A stretch of 64,000 nucleotides of DNA from Bacilli bacterium (GCA_045125935.1 JBGVNW010000056.1:64715-128714), one strand, 5' to 3'. Counted from the first letter of the stretch, positions 40,081 through 48,977 are shown. The notes: generated by a model not told the origin, from the sequence alone. Numbers and translations are program-made.

Positions 40081-40324
40081 TTTTCATAAAAGTTTTTGTT
40101 AACTTTTTTCTAAAAAGTTATATAAGTAAAAAATGAGTGTGGCACGTTTTGTTGCTTTAGCAATGAAAGTGGCGATAACGAATATTTTTACAATTATTAA
40201 ATGTAGTTTATCTACTTTTAATAATTCATTAAATAATAAGTATCTAGTAGATAGTTATTATTTAATCTTGTTTATAGCATTTGCCTTTACGATTAGTTTA
40301 GGCATTTGTGAAGAACAAGCATAA

Positions 40325-40394
40325 GGGGTCTTTAGGGGAATCACCTAAACTCACGATTGGGCTATGCCCTAGTGAGATAGGTCTAAAAGACCTC
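40325..40394 (+). promoter_or_regulatory. candidate oriT: long imperfect compound hairpin upstream of the MobV gene
   Basis: The outer stem is ggggtctttag (40325-40335) with ctaaaagacctc (40383-40394). The inner stems are ctcac (40350-40354) with gtgag (40372-40376), and gggc (40359-40362) with gccc (40366-40369). It ends 36 bp before the mob start. Confidence 0.35.
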
Positions 40395-40429
40395 TTTTAC
40401 AAAGATGCAATAACGAAAGGAGGCAAAAA

Positions 40430-41869
40430 ATGTATGACGGAAATCAAGTTGTTCGAGTAGTAAGTAAATATAAAAAACATGATGCTTATAATATTGGAGT
40501 TGAAATGAGTGAAAGAAAAGGAACAGGAAATTATGATAAAGAAAGAACACAATTTAATGTTGAATATGTTTCACTTAATGAAAAAAATTTATATCAAGAA
40601 ATAAAACAAACGCTAAAAAATAGGAATATTGAATTTAATGATAAACCCTCTACCAATATGTTTAATGGAATAACATTCTCAAGTGGACCTGAATTTTTTG
40701 AAACACTTGGAATGAAATTTGTAGATAGTGGTAGAACTTATCATGAAGGTAAAAAGAAAGGTCAAATTGTAAAAATACCAGAGATCAAATCTAAAGAAGA
40801 TATACCTAAAACTGTATCATATTATTTTGATTCTTGTATGGACTTTCTAAAAGATTATGTTGGTGAAGAAAATATCCTTTTAGCACAAATTCATTATGAT
40901 GAAGATACACCTCATCTTCAAGTATATTTTCTACCTATTGTTGATACTGTAAAAAGAAAACAATATGTAAAAGACAAAGATGGTAATGTTGTTAAAGAAA
41001 AACATGTAAATGCTAATGGAAATATAAATTATACACCTAAACTACTTCGAGATGAAAATGGTAAAATTATATATTCAGAAGTTAAAGGAAAATTTCTAAA
41101 TTGTGATGAGTTTTGGAAACAACGAGGTGGTCAATATTCTTTTGGTAAATTACAAGATGAGTTTAATGATTTTATAACAAAACGAGGTTTTAATTTATAT
41201 CGTGGAGATATTGGAAGTAAAGTAGAAAATCAAACTAAAACTGAGTGGCAAATTAAAGAATTAAATGCCGAATTAGAAGAATTAAAGCAAGAAAAAGAAA
41301 ATGTATTAAGAGTAATAGAAAACTCTAAAAATGGGCTTGAAACAGCTAATAAATCTAATGATAAAGATACTCTACTAAATCCCACTAAAAGAAAACTTGG
41401 AGGATATAAAGAAGAAGATGTAAATAAGATTATTGATTATACCAAAGACTTAAAAAAACAAGTTGTTGTTTTAAACACAGATAATAAAAATAAAGATATT
41501 GAAATAAACAAATTATTAAAAGAAAATAATACTTTTAGAAACAATAAGGAACTCATAAAAAGAAATGAGCTTATTAAAGAACAAAAATCTACTATTAAGG
41601 AACAAAAACAGGAAATAAATAGATTAAATGATGTTATTGATATATTGAATAATCAAATAGAAAATTTACAAGCAAAATTTGATAAATTCAAAGAAAAAAT
41701 GTATAACTTCTGCAATAAAATTTGCAGAGCATTGGCTCATAAGATTGGACTTCATTATGATAAAGATGATGATATTAATTACTATGAAATGGAAAGTTAT
41801 GCATATGACATCAATAGAAAATACGATAAAGAAAAAGATAAATCTGATGATTTTGAAATTGGAATGTAA
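40430..41869 (+). CDS. MobV-family (Mob/Pre) relaxase
   Basis: 479 aa. AQIHYDEDTPHLQVYFLPI is the HxDE...PH motif of Mob_Pre relaxases. The C-terminus is a long coiled coil. Confidence 0.8.
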   Translation: MYDGNQVVRVVSKYKKHDAYNIGVEMSERKGTGNYDKERTQFNVEYVSLNEKNLYQEIKQTLKNRNIEFNDKPSTNMFNGITFSSGPEFFETLGMKFVDSGRTYHEGKKKGQIVKIPEIKSKEDIPKTVSYYFDSCMDFLKDYVGEENILLAQIHYDEDTPHLQVYFLPIVDTVKRKQYVKDKDGNVVKEKHVNANGNINYTPKLLRDENGKIIYSEVKGKFLNCDEFWKQRGGQYSFGKLQDEFNDFITKRGFNLYRGDIGSKVENQTKTEWQIKELNAELEELKQEKENVLRVIENSKNGLETANKSNDKDTLLNPTKRKLGGYKEEDVNKIIDYTKDLKKQVVVLNTDNKNKDIEINKLLKENNTFRNNKELIKRNELIKEQKSTIKEQKQEINRLNDVIDILNNQIENLQAKFDKFKEKMYNFCNKICRALAHKIGLHYDKDDDINYYEMESYAYDINRKYDKEKDKSDDFEIGM

Positions 41870-42097
41870 TTAATAAATTCTCTCTCTTAAACTATAAGTA
41901 GCAATAACTATATATAAAATATAAATATTATAAATTTTAAAAAAATTGAAAAATGTACCAAAATTTTATCCCTAAGTATAAAGAAGTAAAAACGAAAGTG
42001 AGGATTGATATTATGAATAAAACAAAGTACAAAAATAATAAACATTACTGCTATATTAGTTTAAAATCACACTTTAAATAATATATTTAAATTAGAG

Positions 42098-42238
42098 GTG
42101 AGCTTTATAAATATAGTCTATAATGTTAAAGAAGTAGTAAATAAAACTATAACCGATAACGATTTAAAAGAGATTATAAATAAAAAGTTGTTAAATATTA
42201 TATTATTTATGGAAACTTGCACAAATGAGTGTAATTAA
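42098..42238 (+). CDS. possible 46-aa ORF upstream of the IME recombinase
   Basis: Own translation from GTG: VSFINIVYNVKEVVNKTITDNDLKEIINKKLLNIILFMETCTNECN. The RBS-like AGAGGTG overlaps the start codon, so the start is doubtful. Confidence 0.2.
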   Translation: MSFINIVYNVKEVVNKTITDNDLKEIINKKLLNIILFMETCTNECN

Positions 42239-42309
42239 ATGGTATAATTGTATTGGTTATAAGTTTAACTTGATAAGTAATTATTGCCTTAAGTTAGGAG
42301 GTAATAGTT

Positions 42310-43923
42310 ATGAATGAAATGGAGAGTGTTAGAGAGAAGATATTATTAAGAGTTGTTATTTATTTAAGATTATCAAATGAAGATAGAGATAAAATTAATA
42401 AAGATGATGATAGTGAATCTATTAAAAATCAAAGAAATATGTTGCTAGATTATATCGATAAAAATCCACAATTTATGTTGGTTGATGAATATTGTGATGA
42501 AGATTTATCGGGGGCTGGTACTTATAGACCTGAATTTGAAAGATTAATTAGAGATTGTGAAAATGGGAAAATTGATGTAGTTTTATGTAAAAGCCAATCT
42601 AGATTTTCAAGAGATATGGAAATCGTTGAAAAGTATATTAACAATAAATTCAAAGAATGGAATATAAGATTTATCGGTTTATCTGATAATGCTGATACTG
42701 ACAATAGCGGTAATAAAAAATCAAGACAAATAAATGGATTAGTTAATGAATGGTATTTAGAAGATGTTTCAGATAATATTAGAAGTGCTTTTAATTCAAA
42801 AATGAAGCAAGGAGAATTCATTTCTCCTTTCGCCTCATTTGGTTATGAAGTATCTAAAGAAGATAATAACAAGTTAGTTGTTGATCCTGTTGCTAGTGAA
42901 GTTGTTAAAGAAATATACGATTTATATTTAAAAGGTATGGGATTTACTGGAATAGCTCATTACTTAAATGATAAAAATATTCCTTGCCCCTCTCTTTATA
43001 AATATAGAAAAGGTATTAAATTAAATGTAATTAGTAATAGACCTAGAGAGGAAATTAAATGGAATACAAATGCTATTAAAACAATATTAAAAAATGAATT
43101 ATATTTAGGACATTTAATTCAAGGAAAAAGAACTACCGTTAGTTATAAAAATCATAAAGTAATTAATAAACCTGAAGATAAATGGATTCGTAGAGAAAAT
43201 ATGCACGAAGCTATAATTGATGAGGAAACATTTGCAAAAGTTCAAATTGCTTTGAAAGAAAGAACAAAACCTATGAAATCAACAGGAATTGTTCATAACT
43301 TCTCTGGCAAAGTATTTTGTAAAGAATGTGGTCGCTATATGAGAAAAAAGAATTCTTCTAAACATGAATATCTTGTATGTTCTAATAACAGAGATGGTTA
43401 CAATGATTGTATAAATAAAGCAGCGATTAGGTATGATGCTTTAGAGGAATTAGTATTAAGTCATATTAATAAAAAAGTTAAAAAGTTTTATGATTTAAAT
43501 ATTTTAGAAACAGAATCTTTGAAAAAAGAAAATAATAAGTTCACTAAAAGAATTAATTTATTAACAAAACAAAAAGAGACCATAGTTAATCAAATGGCAA
43601 AGACTAAAAATTATTTAAAAAATCTTTATGAAGATAAAGTTAATGGAATAATTAATGCAGAACAATTTAAAGAATTAATTACTAATTATAATAATGATGA
43701 TGAAAAGTTAAAAGACCAATTAAAATCTATTGAAAATGAGATTAACTATTATACACTAAAAGAATCTTCAAATAAAAATACAAAAGAATTATTTAATAAA
43801 TATCAACAATTAGAAAAATTAAACAGAGTTATAGTAGATGAATTTGTAGATAAAATCTATATCGGCAAAATCAATGAAGAAACAAATACAAGAGATATTG
43901 AAATTAAATGGAATTTTGAATAA
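42310..43923 (+). CDS. large serine recombinase (IME integrase)
   Basis: 537 aa with RBS AGGAGG. VVIYLRLSNEDRD, NQRNML and LCKSQSRFSRD form the resolvase domain. A zinc-ribbon region (CKECGRY...CSNN) and a C-terminal coiled coil follow. Confidence 0.9.
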   Translation: MNEMESVREKILLRVVIYLRLSNEDRDKINKDDDSESIKNQRNMLLDYIDKNPQFMLVDEYCDEDLSGAGTYRPEFERLIRDCENGKIDVVLCKSQSRFSRDMEIVEKYINNKFKEWNIRFIGLSDNADTDNSGNKKSRQINGLVNEWYLEDVSDNIRSAFNSKMKQGEFISPFASFGYEVSKEDNNKLVVDPVASEVVKEIYDLYLKGMGFTGIAHYLNDKNIPCPSLYKYRKGIKLNVISNRPREEIKWNTNAIKTILKNELYLGHLIQGKRTTVSYKNHKVINKPEDKWIRRENMHEAIIDEETFAKVQIALKERTKPMKSTGIVHNFSGKVFCKECGRYMRKKNSSKHEYLVCSNNRDGYNDCINKAAIRYDALEELVLSHINKKVKKFYDLNILETESLKKENNKFTKRINLLTKQKETIVNQMAKTKNYLKNLYEDKVNGIINAEQFKELITNYNNDDEKLKDQLKSIENEINYYTLKESSNKNTKELFNKYQQLEKLNRVIVDEFVDKIYIGKINEETNTRDIEIKWNFE

Positions 43924-44056
43924 AATTCAAAAATAAAAAAGGAAATTCAAAACTTTTGTAGAATAATATAAGTGAGAGGTTATACACTTCTATAACCTTT
44001 TGCTTAATACATATTTTAATACATATTAAAAATATATAGTAAAGGATGGTGAATAA

Positions 44057-44914
44057 ATGAAACAAGATAATATGCATTTAATTAATAAAATATTTAACAA
44101 TGAAACAATTAGAACTATTTGGGATAAGGATGAAGAAAAATATTATATTAGTATCGTTGATATTGTTGGTGTTTTAGCTGATAGTAAAGAACCTAGAAAA
44201 TATTGGAATTGGTTAAAAAATAAGTTATTAAAAGAAGAAAATTTTGAAACGTCTAGTATTACTAGACAGTTGAAATTAAAAGCTACTGACGGTAAATATC
44301 GTATGACTGATGTTTGTGATATTGAAGGTATGTTTAGAATAATTGAATCTGTGCCTAGTAAAAATGCTGAACCTATAAAACAATGGTTAGCTCATTTAGG
44401 TAAAGAAAGAATTGATGAAGTGTTTGACCCATCATTAACAATGCAAAGAGCAATAGATACATATCGTGCTAAAGGTTATGATGAGGCATGGATTTCTAAA
44501 AGAATTAAAGGCATTCAAGAAAGAAAAAGATTAACTGATGTTTGGAAAGATGGAGGCGTTGAAAAAACTCGCGAATATGCAATGCTTACTAATGAAATAT
44601 ATAAAAGTTGGTCAGGTATGAAAGCAAATGAATACAAACAATTTAAAGGAATTAGAAAAGAATCTTTACGAGATAATATGACTGATATAGAAGTTCTACT
44701 TACTGATTTAGGCGAAATCGCTACTCGTGATATAGCAGAATCTGAACATCCACAAGGATTTAAAGAAAATATGAAAGTAGCTCGTAAAGGTGGACAAGTT
44801 GCTAATGATGCTAGAAAATCTTATGAGAAAGCAATTAAAAAATCGGCTATATCAAATCAAAATGCTTTAAATTATCAATATATAGATGATAAAAAACAAA
44901 TAGAAAATAAATAA
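44057..44914 (+). CDS. Bro-N-domain protein
   Basis: 285 aa. FNNETIRTIWDKDEEKYYISIVDIVGVLADSKEPRKYW fits the Bro-N pattern. It lies between the recombinase and the right end. Confidence 0.55.
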   Translation: MKQDNMHLINKIFNNETIRTIWDKDEEKYYISIVDIVGVLADSKEPRKYWNWLKNKLLKEENFETSSITRQLKLKATDGKYRMTDVCDIEGMFRIIESVPSKNAEPIKQWLAHLGKERIDEVFDPSLTMQRAIDTYRAKGYDEAWISKRIKGIQERKRLTDVWKDGGVEKTREYAMLTNEIYKSWSGMKANEYKQFKGIRKESLRDNMTDIEVLLTDLGEIATRDIAESEHPQGFKENMKVARKGGQVANDARKSYEKAIKKSAISNQNALNYQYIDDKKQIENK

Positions 44915-45049
44915 CTCTGTTCCCGACAATTTGTCGGAAAGTAATAAAAATCTTAAAAATACAAGTTAAACATAAAAAAGCGAAATTTTAAAAGCCTTAT
45001 TTTTCAAGGCTTTGATAAGGTATTAGTGTCTACATTATATTCGTAGAGT

Positions 45050-45211
45050 TGCTTTAATTAGGACACTAGCAATGAAACCGGATATATTACTTTTGGATGA
45101 GCCAATGTCTGCGTTAGATTCTCAGTCAAGACTTGCAATTAGTGATGACATATATAAAATTATCAAAAAAGAAGGTAAAACTGCTGTTATGGTTACACAT
45201 GATATTGCTGA
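45050..45211 (+). pseudogene. ABC importer ATPase, fragment 2 of 3 (Walker B to H-loop)
   Basis: ALIRTLAMKPDILLLDEPMSALD...GKTAVMVTHDIAE. It is only 162 nt and is bounded by two different elements. Confidence 0.9.
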
Positions 45212-45261
45212 GACAATCTTCTTAATTAACATAAATGTTTTATAAAAAAAAAGAAGATTTC

Positions 45262-46800
45262 TTATTCTTCGTAAAATTTTATATTTATTATTTCGACCTT
45301 ACCTTTTACTTTATCTCTATCTTTATTTACTACAACTATTTCTTCTATAAAATTTGTTAAAAAATCAAATTTTTCTTTATTAGATAGATATTTCCAATGT
45401 TCTTTTATTGTTTTGGGAATTTTTACATTATCTTTATTTTGTTTAGGTAATATAACTTTTTCCAATCTATCAATTTCTTCTTTTAATCTTTGACTTTTCT
45501 TATTTAATTCATCAGTCATATATTTTAATTGTTTATCAGTTATTTTATTTATCATGAATAAGTCCATTACTTCTTTCTTTTTTGCGGATGTTTGGCCAAG
45601 AAATTTTTTTAAAGTTTTTAATTCTTCTATTTCAGCATCATTTTCTTTAATTTCAACTTTGTCTATTTCAGTTAATGCTTCAATATTATTTATATAATTC
45701 ATAAATGCTTTCTCTACTTTAGAATGACTCATCCCCAAACAGATGCATAATTTCTTTTCTCTATTAATACATCGATAGCTATTGAAGACCATTTTTGTTC
45801 CGTCTTTTTTATTTTTATTTGTCCTACTACTGGTTAATTTTTTTCCACAAAGTCCACAAACTAGTGTTCCACAATAATAAACGTCTTCCTTAGGAAGATT
45901 GGTACGATGTGACTTTTTTATTTTATGAATTTTCTCTTGAACTTGATACCATGTTTTTTTAGAAATGATTGGTTTATGTTTTCCATCTGTAATAAGTTCA
46001 TCTTCTTTTCCTATATGATATCTTACTTTTCCTATATATGTAGGATTAGTTAAAATGAGACGAATTGTTTTAGGTACCCATATACTATTAATAGTATATT
46101 TTTTACCTGTTTTACGTTGTTTTACTACTCTACCGGCATTTTTAGTAGGAATTTTTTCCGCATTTAAAATATTACATATTTCTGTAAAGCTTTTGCCTTC
46201 TATATACATTTTAAAAATACGTTTTACTATTTTCGCTTCAGCTTGATTAATTGTCTGCTCTTTTTCATGTATTTTACGATTATAGCCATAACATGTTGTG
46301 GCACAAGCTAGTGTATAACCTTGTTTTACTTTTTCCTCAAGTGCTACTTTTATTCTTTCAATTGTTTGTTCTCTTTCTAGCTGCGCTACTGCACCATTAA
46401 TTCTGACTGAAAATCTGCCTGTTGCGGTAGAAACATCTACTGTTCCTCCAGCTAGTGTAAATACTTGTATTCCATATTGCTGTATTAATTCAATTATATT
46501 TTCCGTATCTTTGCTATCACGTGTTAATCTGTCAAATTTATATAATACAACTACATCAATTTCTTTTTTTTGAATATCATTGATTAGTCTTTTTACCGCT
46601 GGTCTATCTTTAATATTTTTTCCACTTTTACCTTCATCGGCATATATATCAAATATTTTAAAGCCTTGCTGCTTGGCAAATTTACTTAAATTTTCTTTTT
46701 GTGCAGAAACAGAATATCCTTCTTTTACTTGTTTTTCAGTTGATACACGTATGTATAAACCAGCATTTATTAATTTTTCTGTAATAATAGATTCCTCCAA
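45262..46800 (-). CDS. large serine recombinase (mini-element integrase)
   Basis: 512 aa. AGLYIRVSTEKQ, YSVSAQ and VLYKFDRLTRD form the resolvase domain. A Cys-rich zinc ribbon (CGLCGKK...CINREKKLC) and a coiled coil follow. The TTG start lies 4 nt after the stop of the 32-aa ORF. Confidence 0.9.
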   Translation of the reverse strand: MEESIITEKLINAGLYIRVSTEKQVKEGYSVSAQKENLSKFAKQQGFKIFDIYADEGKSGKNIKDRPAVKRLINDIQKKEIDVVVLYKFDRLTRDSKDTENIIELIQQYGIQVFTLAGGTVDVSTATGRFSVRINGAVAQLEREQTIERIKVALEEKVKQGYTLACATTCYGYNRKIHEKEQTINQAEAKIVKRIFKMYIEGKSFTEICNILNAEKIPTKNAGRVVKQRKTGKKYTINSIWVPKTIRLILTNPTYIGKVRYHIGKEDELITDGKHKPIISKKTWYQVQEKIHKIKKSHRTNLPKEDVYYCGTLVCGLCGKKLTSSRTNKNKKDGTKMVFNSYRCINREKKLCICLGMSHSKVEKAFMNYINNIEALTEIDKVEIKENDAEIEELKTLKKFLGQTSAKKKEVMDLFMINKITDKQLKYMTDELNKKSQRLKEEIDRLEKVILPKQNKDNVKIPKTIKEHWKYLSNKEKFDFLTNFIEEIVVVNKDRDKVKGKVEIINIKFYEE

Positions 46801-46804
46801 ACTT

Positions 46805-46903
46805 TTATTTCTTTAGCATTTTAGGTATTGATGTTTTCCAAAAAAATTCTATCATTTTGATTTGAAGTTTTTTAGGAAGAATAATTTTATCTTTATTTTT
46901 CAT
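46805..46903 (-). CDS. 32-aa ORF translationally coupled to the recombinase
   Basis: Own translation MKNKDKIILPKKLQIKMIEFFWKTSIPKMLKK, with RBS AGGTGA. Confidence 0.35.
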   Translation of the reverse strand: MKNKDKIILPKKLQIKMIEFFWKTSIPKMLKK

Positions 46904-46992
46904 TTTTCACCTACTTAATTTTATGTGGTGATTTTTAATAAATTGTAAAAAAACAGTTCTTTTATTTAGAACTGTTTAATACTATTTAAAAA

Positions 46993-48486
46993 TTAATTTT
47001 CTTCTGGAATATCTTCTTCGTCGTTATCTTCATCTTTCTTGCTATCTATATATATTTTAGTACTTATTCCAGCTACTGCGGCTAAGCCTATACCTTCTAA
47101 AAATGGACCTGTTTCAATTTTTCTTGTTCCTGGTTTTTCATTTATTCTAGGTATTACATAATCGTTTTCGCTAGTTTTACTAGTTGTTGTATTTTCATAG
47201 CTACTTGCAATTTTACTTAGGCTTCCTGCTAAAGCCATTGAATTTTTATTGAAACTTTCTGTTGGGCTTTGAGTAGTTGTCTGATTATCAGTTAAATTAT
47301 TTGCTATAAAATTATTTATTTTTTCTCCTAGTAAAGTCAGGTTATTAGTGTTATTAGTTGTTGTTTGTGTTTGAGTTGTTTGAGTATTATCACTAAATGA
47401 GAAAGTTGAACTTATATTTGACTTTATTTCTGAAATTTTCTCAGTAGCTGGATTATTTGTGAGTGTATCTTTTATTTCTGAAAGTTTTTCAGTAACCGGA
47501 TTATCAATAATTGCGTCTTTTATAACGTCTGTAAGTGATTTTTCGGTGCTTGCACTTACAGATGTTAAACTAGTCGGTACTGATAAAGTTGTTTGGCCAC
47601 CATTTGATTGACTGGCACTAATCATTGTTTTTCCTGTTGTATGTGAACTAATACATGCTTCATCATTGCAGTATCCAACATGATGATATTCTCCATCCTC
47701 ATGCCATGCTGTATAGATATCATACCAAACCTCTACATCGCCTTCTGCAGTTCCTTTGAGCTCTCCTTTTCTGACCATTTCTGCCATCCCGCATAGGTCT
47801 ACTACCATTCCTGTTCCAAGGCTTGTTTCAACAAGATCCCCTTTTCTGTACTCAGCAGCTTGCTCAGTTCCGTCCATATGGGGAATATCTGCAGCGACCA
47901 TGACGTAGTCACCATACATATATACTCCGTCTTCTCGTATCCAGAAATCTAAATCAATTCCTTGTTTTCTCATAAGTGTTGCTAAGTTACTTGGATCTAA
48001 GTCACACCAAGTTTCTTTAGTTAATCTACCATCTGCGCCATAATATTTAATACTTCCTACGGCCGCAGTAAGAAAATTAGAATCCCATTTTGGATTTACT
48101 CCATATTTTTCGTAATATTCATCTAATGTATAATTTATTCTTTCTTTATCCAAATTATATCTTCTTGCGGTATTAGGATCTGCAATAATTATTGCATCAT
48201 CACCCAAAATTACTTTTCCATCATTGTACTTTTCAAGTTCTCTAGTTATAACACTAATTGTATTTTGCATTTGTTCTACTGCCGAAGATACTACATCACC
48301 TTTTTCTATATAAGGAATACCTCGATTGTAGCCTGAACTATTAATTCTAGAAATTCCGCGTTCGATTTTCTTTGATATATCTTCAAGGATGTCTTGGGCA
48401 TCTTCAAGTTTTTCTATTCCTTGTTCTACATAAGCAGGTATATAAACTATTTGATCCTTATTTATCAAATTGATTACACTATTCAT
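46993..48486 (-). CDS. 497-aa multi-domain protein: helical N-terminus, central globular domain, Thr/Ser/Asn-rich linker, C-terminal TM + acidic tail
   Basis: It has no Sec signal. The N-terminal ~95 aa are helical. The central region (about 100-290) has VAADIPH...GDLVETSLGTGMVVDLCG...VEVWYDIY, faintly like a 3D/double-psi-barrel fold. TTQTQTTTNNTNN is low complexity. The TM is GPFLEGIGLAAVAGISTKIY, followed by DEDNDEEDIPEEN. Confidence 0.6.
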   Translation of the reverse strand: MNSVINLINKDQIVYIPAYVEQGIEKLEDAQDILEDISKKIERGISRINSSGYNRGIPYIEKGDVVSSAVEQMQNTISVITRELEKYNDGKVILGDDAIIIADPNTARRYNLDKERINYTLDEYYEKYGVNPKWDSNFLTAAVGSIKYYGADGRLTKETWCDLDPSNLATLMRKQGIDLDFWIREDGVYMYGDYVMVAADIPHMDGTEQAAEYRKGDLVETSLGTGMVVDLCGMAEMVRKGELKGTAEGDVEVWYDIYTAWHEDGEYHHVGYCNDEACISSHTTGKTMISASQSNGGQTTLSVPTSLTSVSASTEKSLTDVIKDAIIDNPVTEKLSEIKDTLTNNPATEKISEIKSNISSTFSFSDNTQTTQTQTTTNNTNNLTLLGEKINNFIANNLTDNQTTTQSPTESFNKNSMALAGSLSKIASSYENTTTSKTSENDYVIPRINEKPGTRKIETGPFLEGIGLAAVAGISTKIYIDSKKDEDNDEEDIPEEN

Positions 48487-48499
48487 AGTTATCTTCTCC

Positions 48500-48802
48500 T
48501 TACAATTCTTTCTCTTCTTGACTTCTTAACCATGCCATATATTCTTCATATTGTGCTTGGGCATTTGCTCTTATTGTTGTAGTTACACCGTCATTTATTT
48601 GGCTACACTTTTGAACTTGAGTTTTTAATAAATCAAGTTCTGCATCAAGTGAGGAGTTGATATCACCAAATTGTAAATTATTACAATTTAAAAGACTCAT
48701 GGCATTATCAATGCCACTTTTTACATTATTAAACATCTCTATTGCATTATCTATTTCTGAACAACCTGCTTCTACTGCTGCTAAATCAACATACTGTGCC
48801 AT
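48500..48802 (-). CDS. WXG100-like ~100-aa helical-hairpin protein (motif degenerate: QFGD)
   Basis: 100 aa with two predicted helices either side of NLQFGDINSSL. It lies 13 nt upstream of the 497-aa gene. Confidence 0.5.
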   Translation of the reverse strand: MAQYVDLAAVEAGCSEIDNAIEMFNNVKSGIDNAMSLLNCNNLQFGDINSSLDAELDLLKTQVQKCSQINDGVTTTIRANAQAQYEEYMAWLRSQEEKEL

Positions 48803-48826
48803 TTTATCACATCCTTATATACTTAC

Positions 48827-48856
48827 TTTATTATTCTTTATTATTCTTTATTATTA
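48827..48856. repeat. 10-bp tandem repeat x3 in the 5' leader of the WXG100-like gene
   Basis: tttattattc, tttattattc, tttattatta. It sits between the putative promoter (TTGACC on the minus strand) and the RBS. Confidence 0.6.
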
Positions 48857-48977
48857 TTTTAACATTTTTATGGTCAAGTGAAAATATTTAATTTTTATTT
48901 GTTATATTTAAGTGTAAATTTTAACTAAATTGTTTCTATTTTGACATTTTGGTTATGCTTATAAAAACTATTGGTGA

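Larger units (their letters stand above)
32229..45047. mobile_element. integrative mobilizable element (LSR + MobV relaxase + repressor switch + gtr-like cargo), ~12.8 kb
   Basis: AGAGTT is shared at both junctions (32224-32229 and 45045-45050). The ends, ctacgaata (32230-32238) and tattcgtag (45037-45045), are perfect 9-bp inverted repeats around an AGTT centre. The flanks rejoin as RQRV|ALIRTLAMKPDILLLDEP. Confidence 0.85.
45212..48975. mobile_element. mini LSR element (~3.76 kb) carrying a WXG100-like/large secreted protein gene pair
   Basis: TGAG is shared at both junctions (45209-45212 and 48975-48978). The inferred attP is attg-gtGAga-caat, with a central GA. The flanks rejoin as VTHDIAE|AISMSDKIVVL. 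Confidence 0.8.

Noticed and set aside
40133-40324. 63-aa plus-strand ORF between the ATPase and MobV genes
   Set aside because: It has no RBS and a low-complexity hydrophobic translation, and it runs straight into the hairpin-rich candidate oriT region. It is more likely non-coding.
48827-48856. Short tandem repeats here and at 13823-13856, considered as a possible CRISPR or minisatellite
   Set aside because: There are only 2-3 copies, no spacers, and the units are 10 and 17 bp. They sit in promoter or leader positions. This is not CRISPR architecture.
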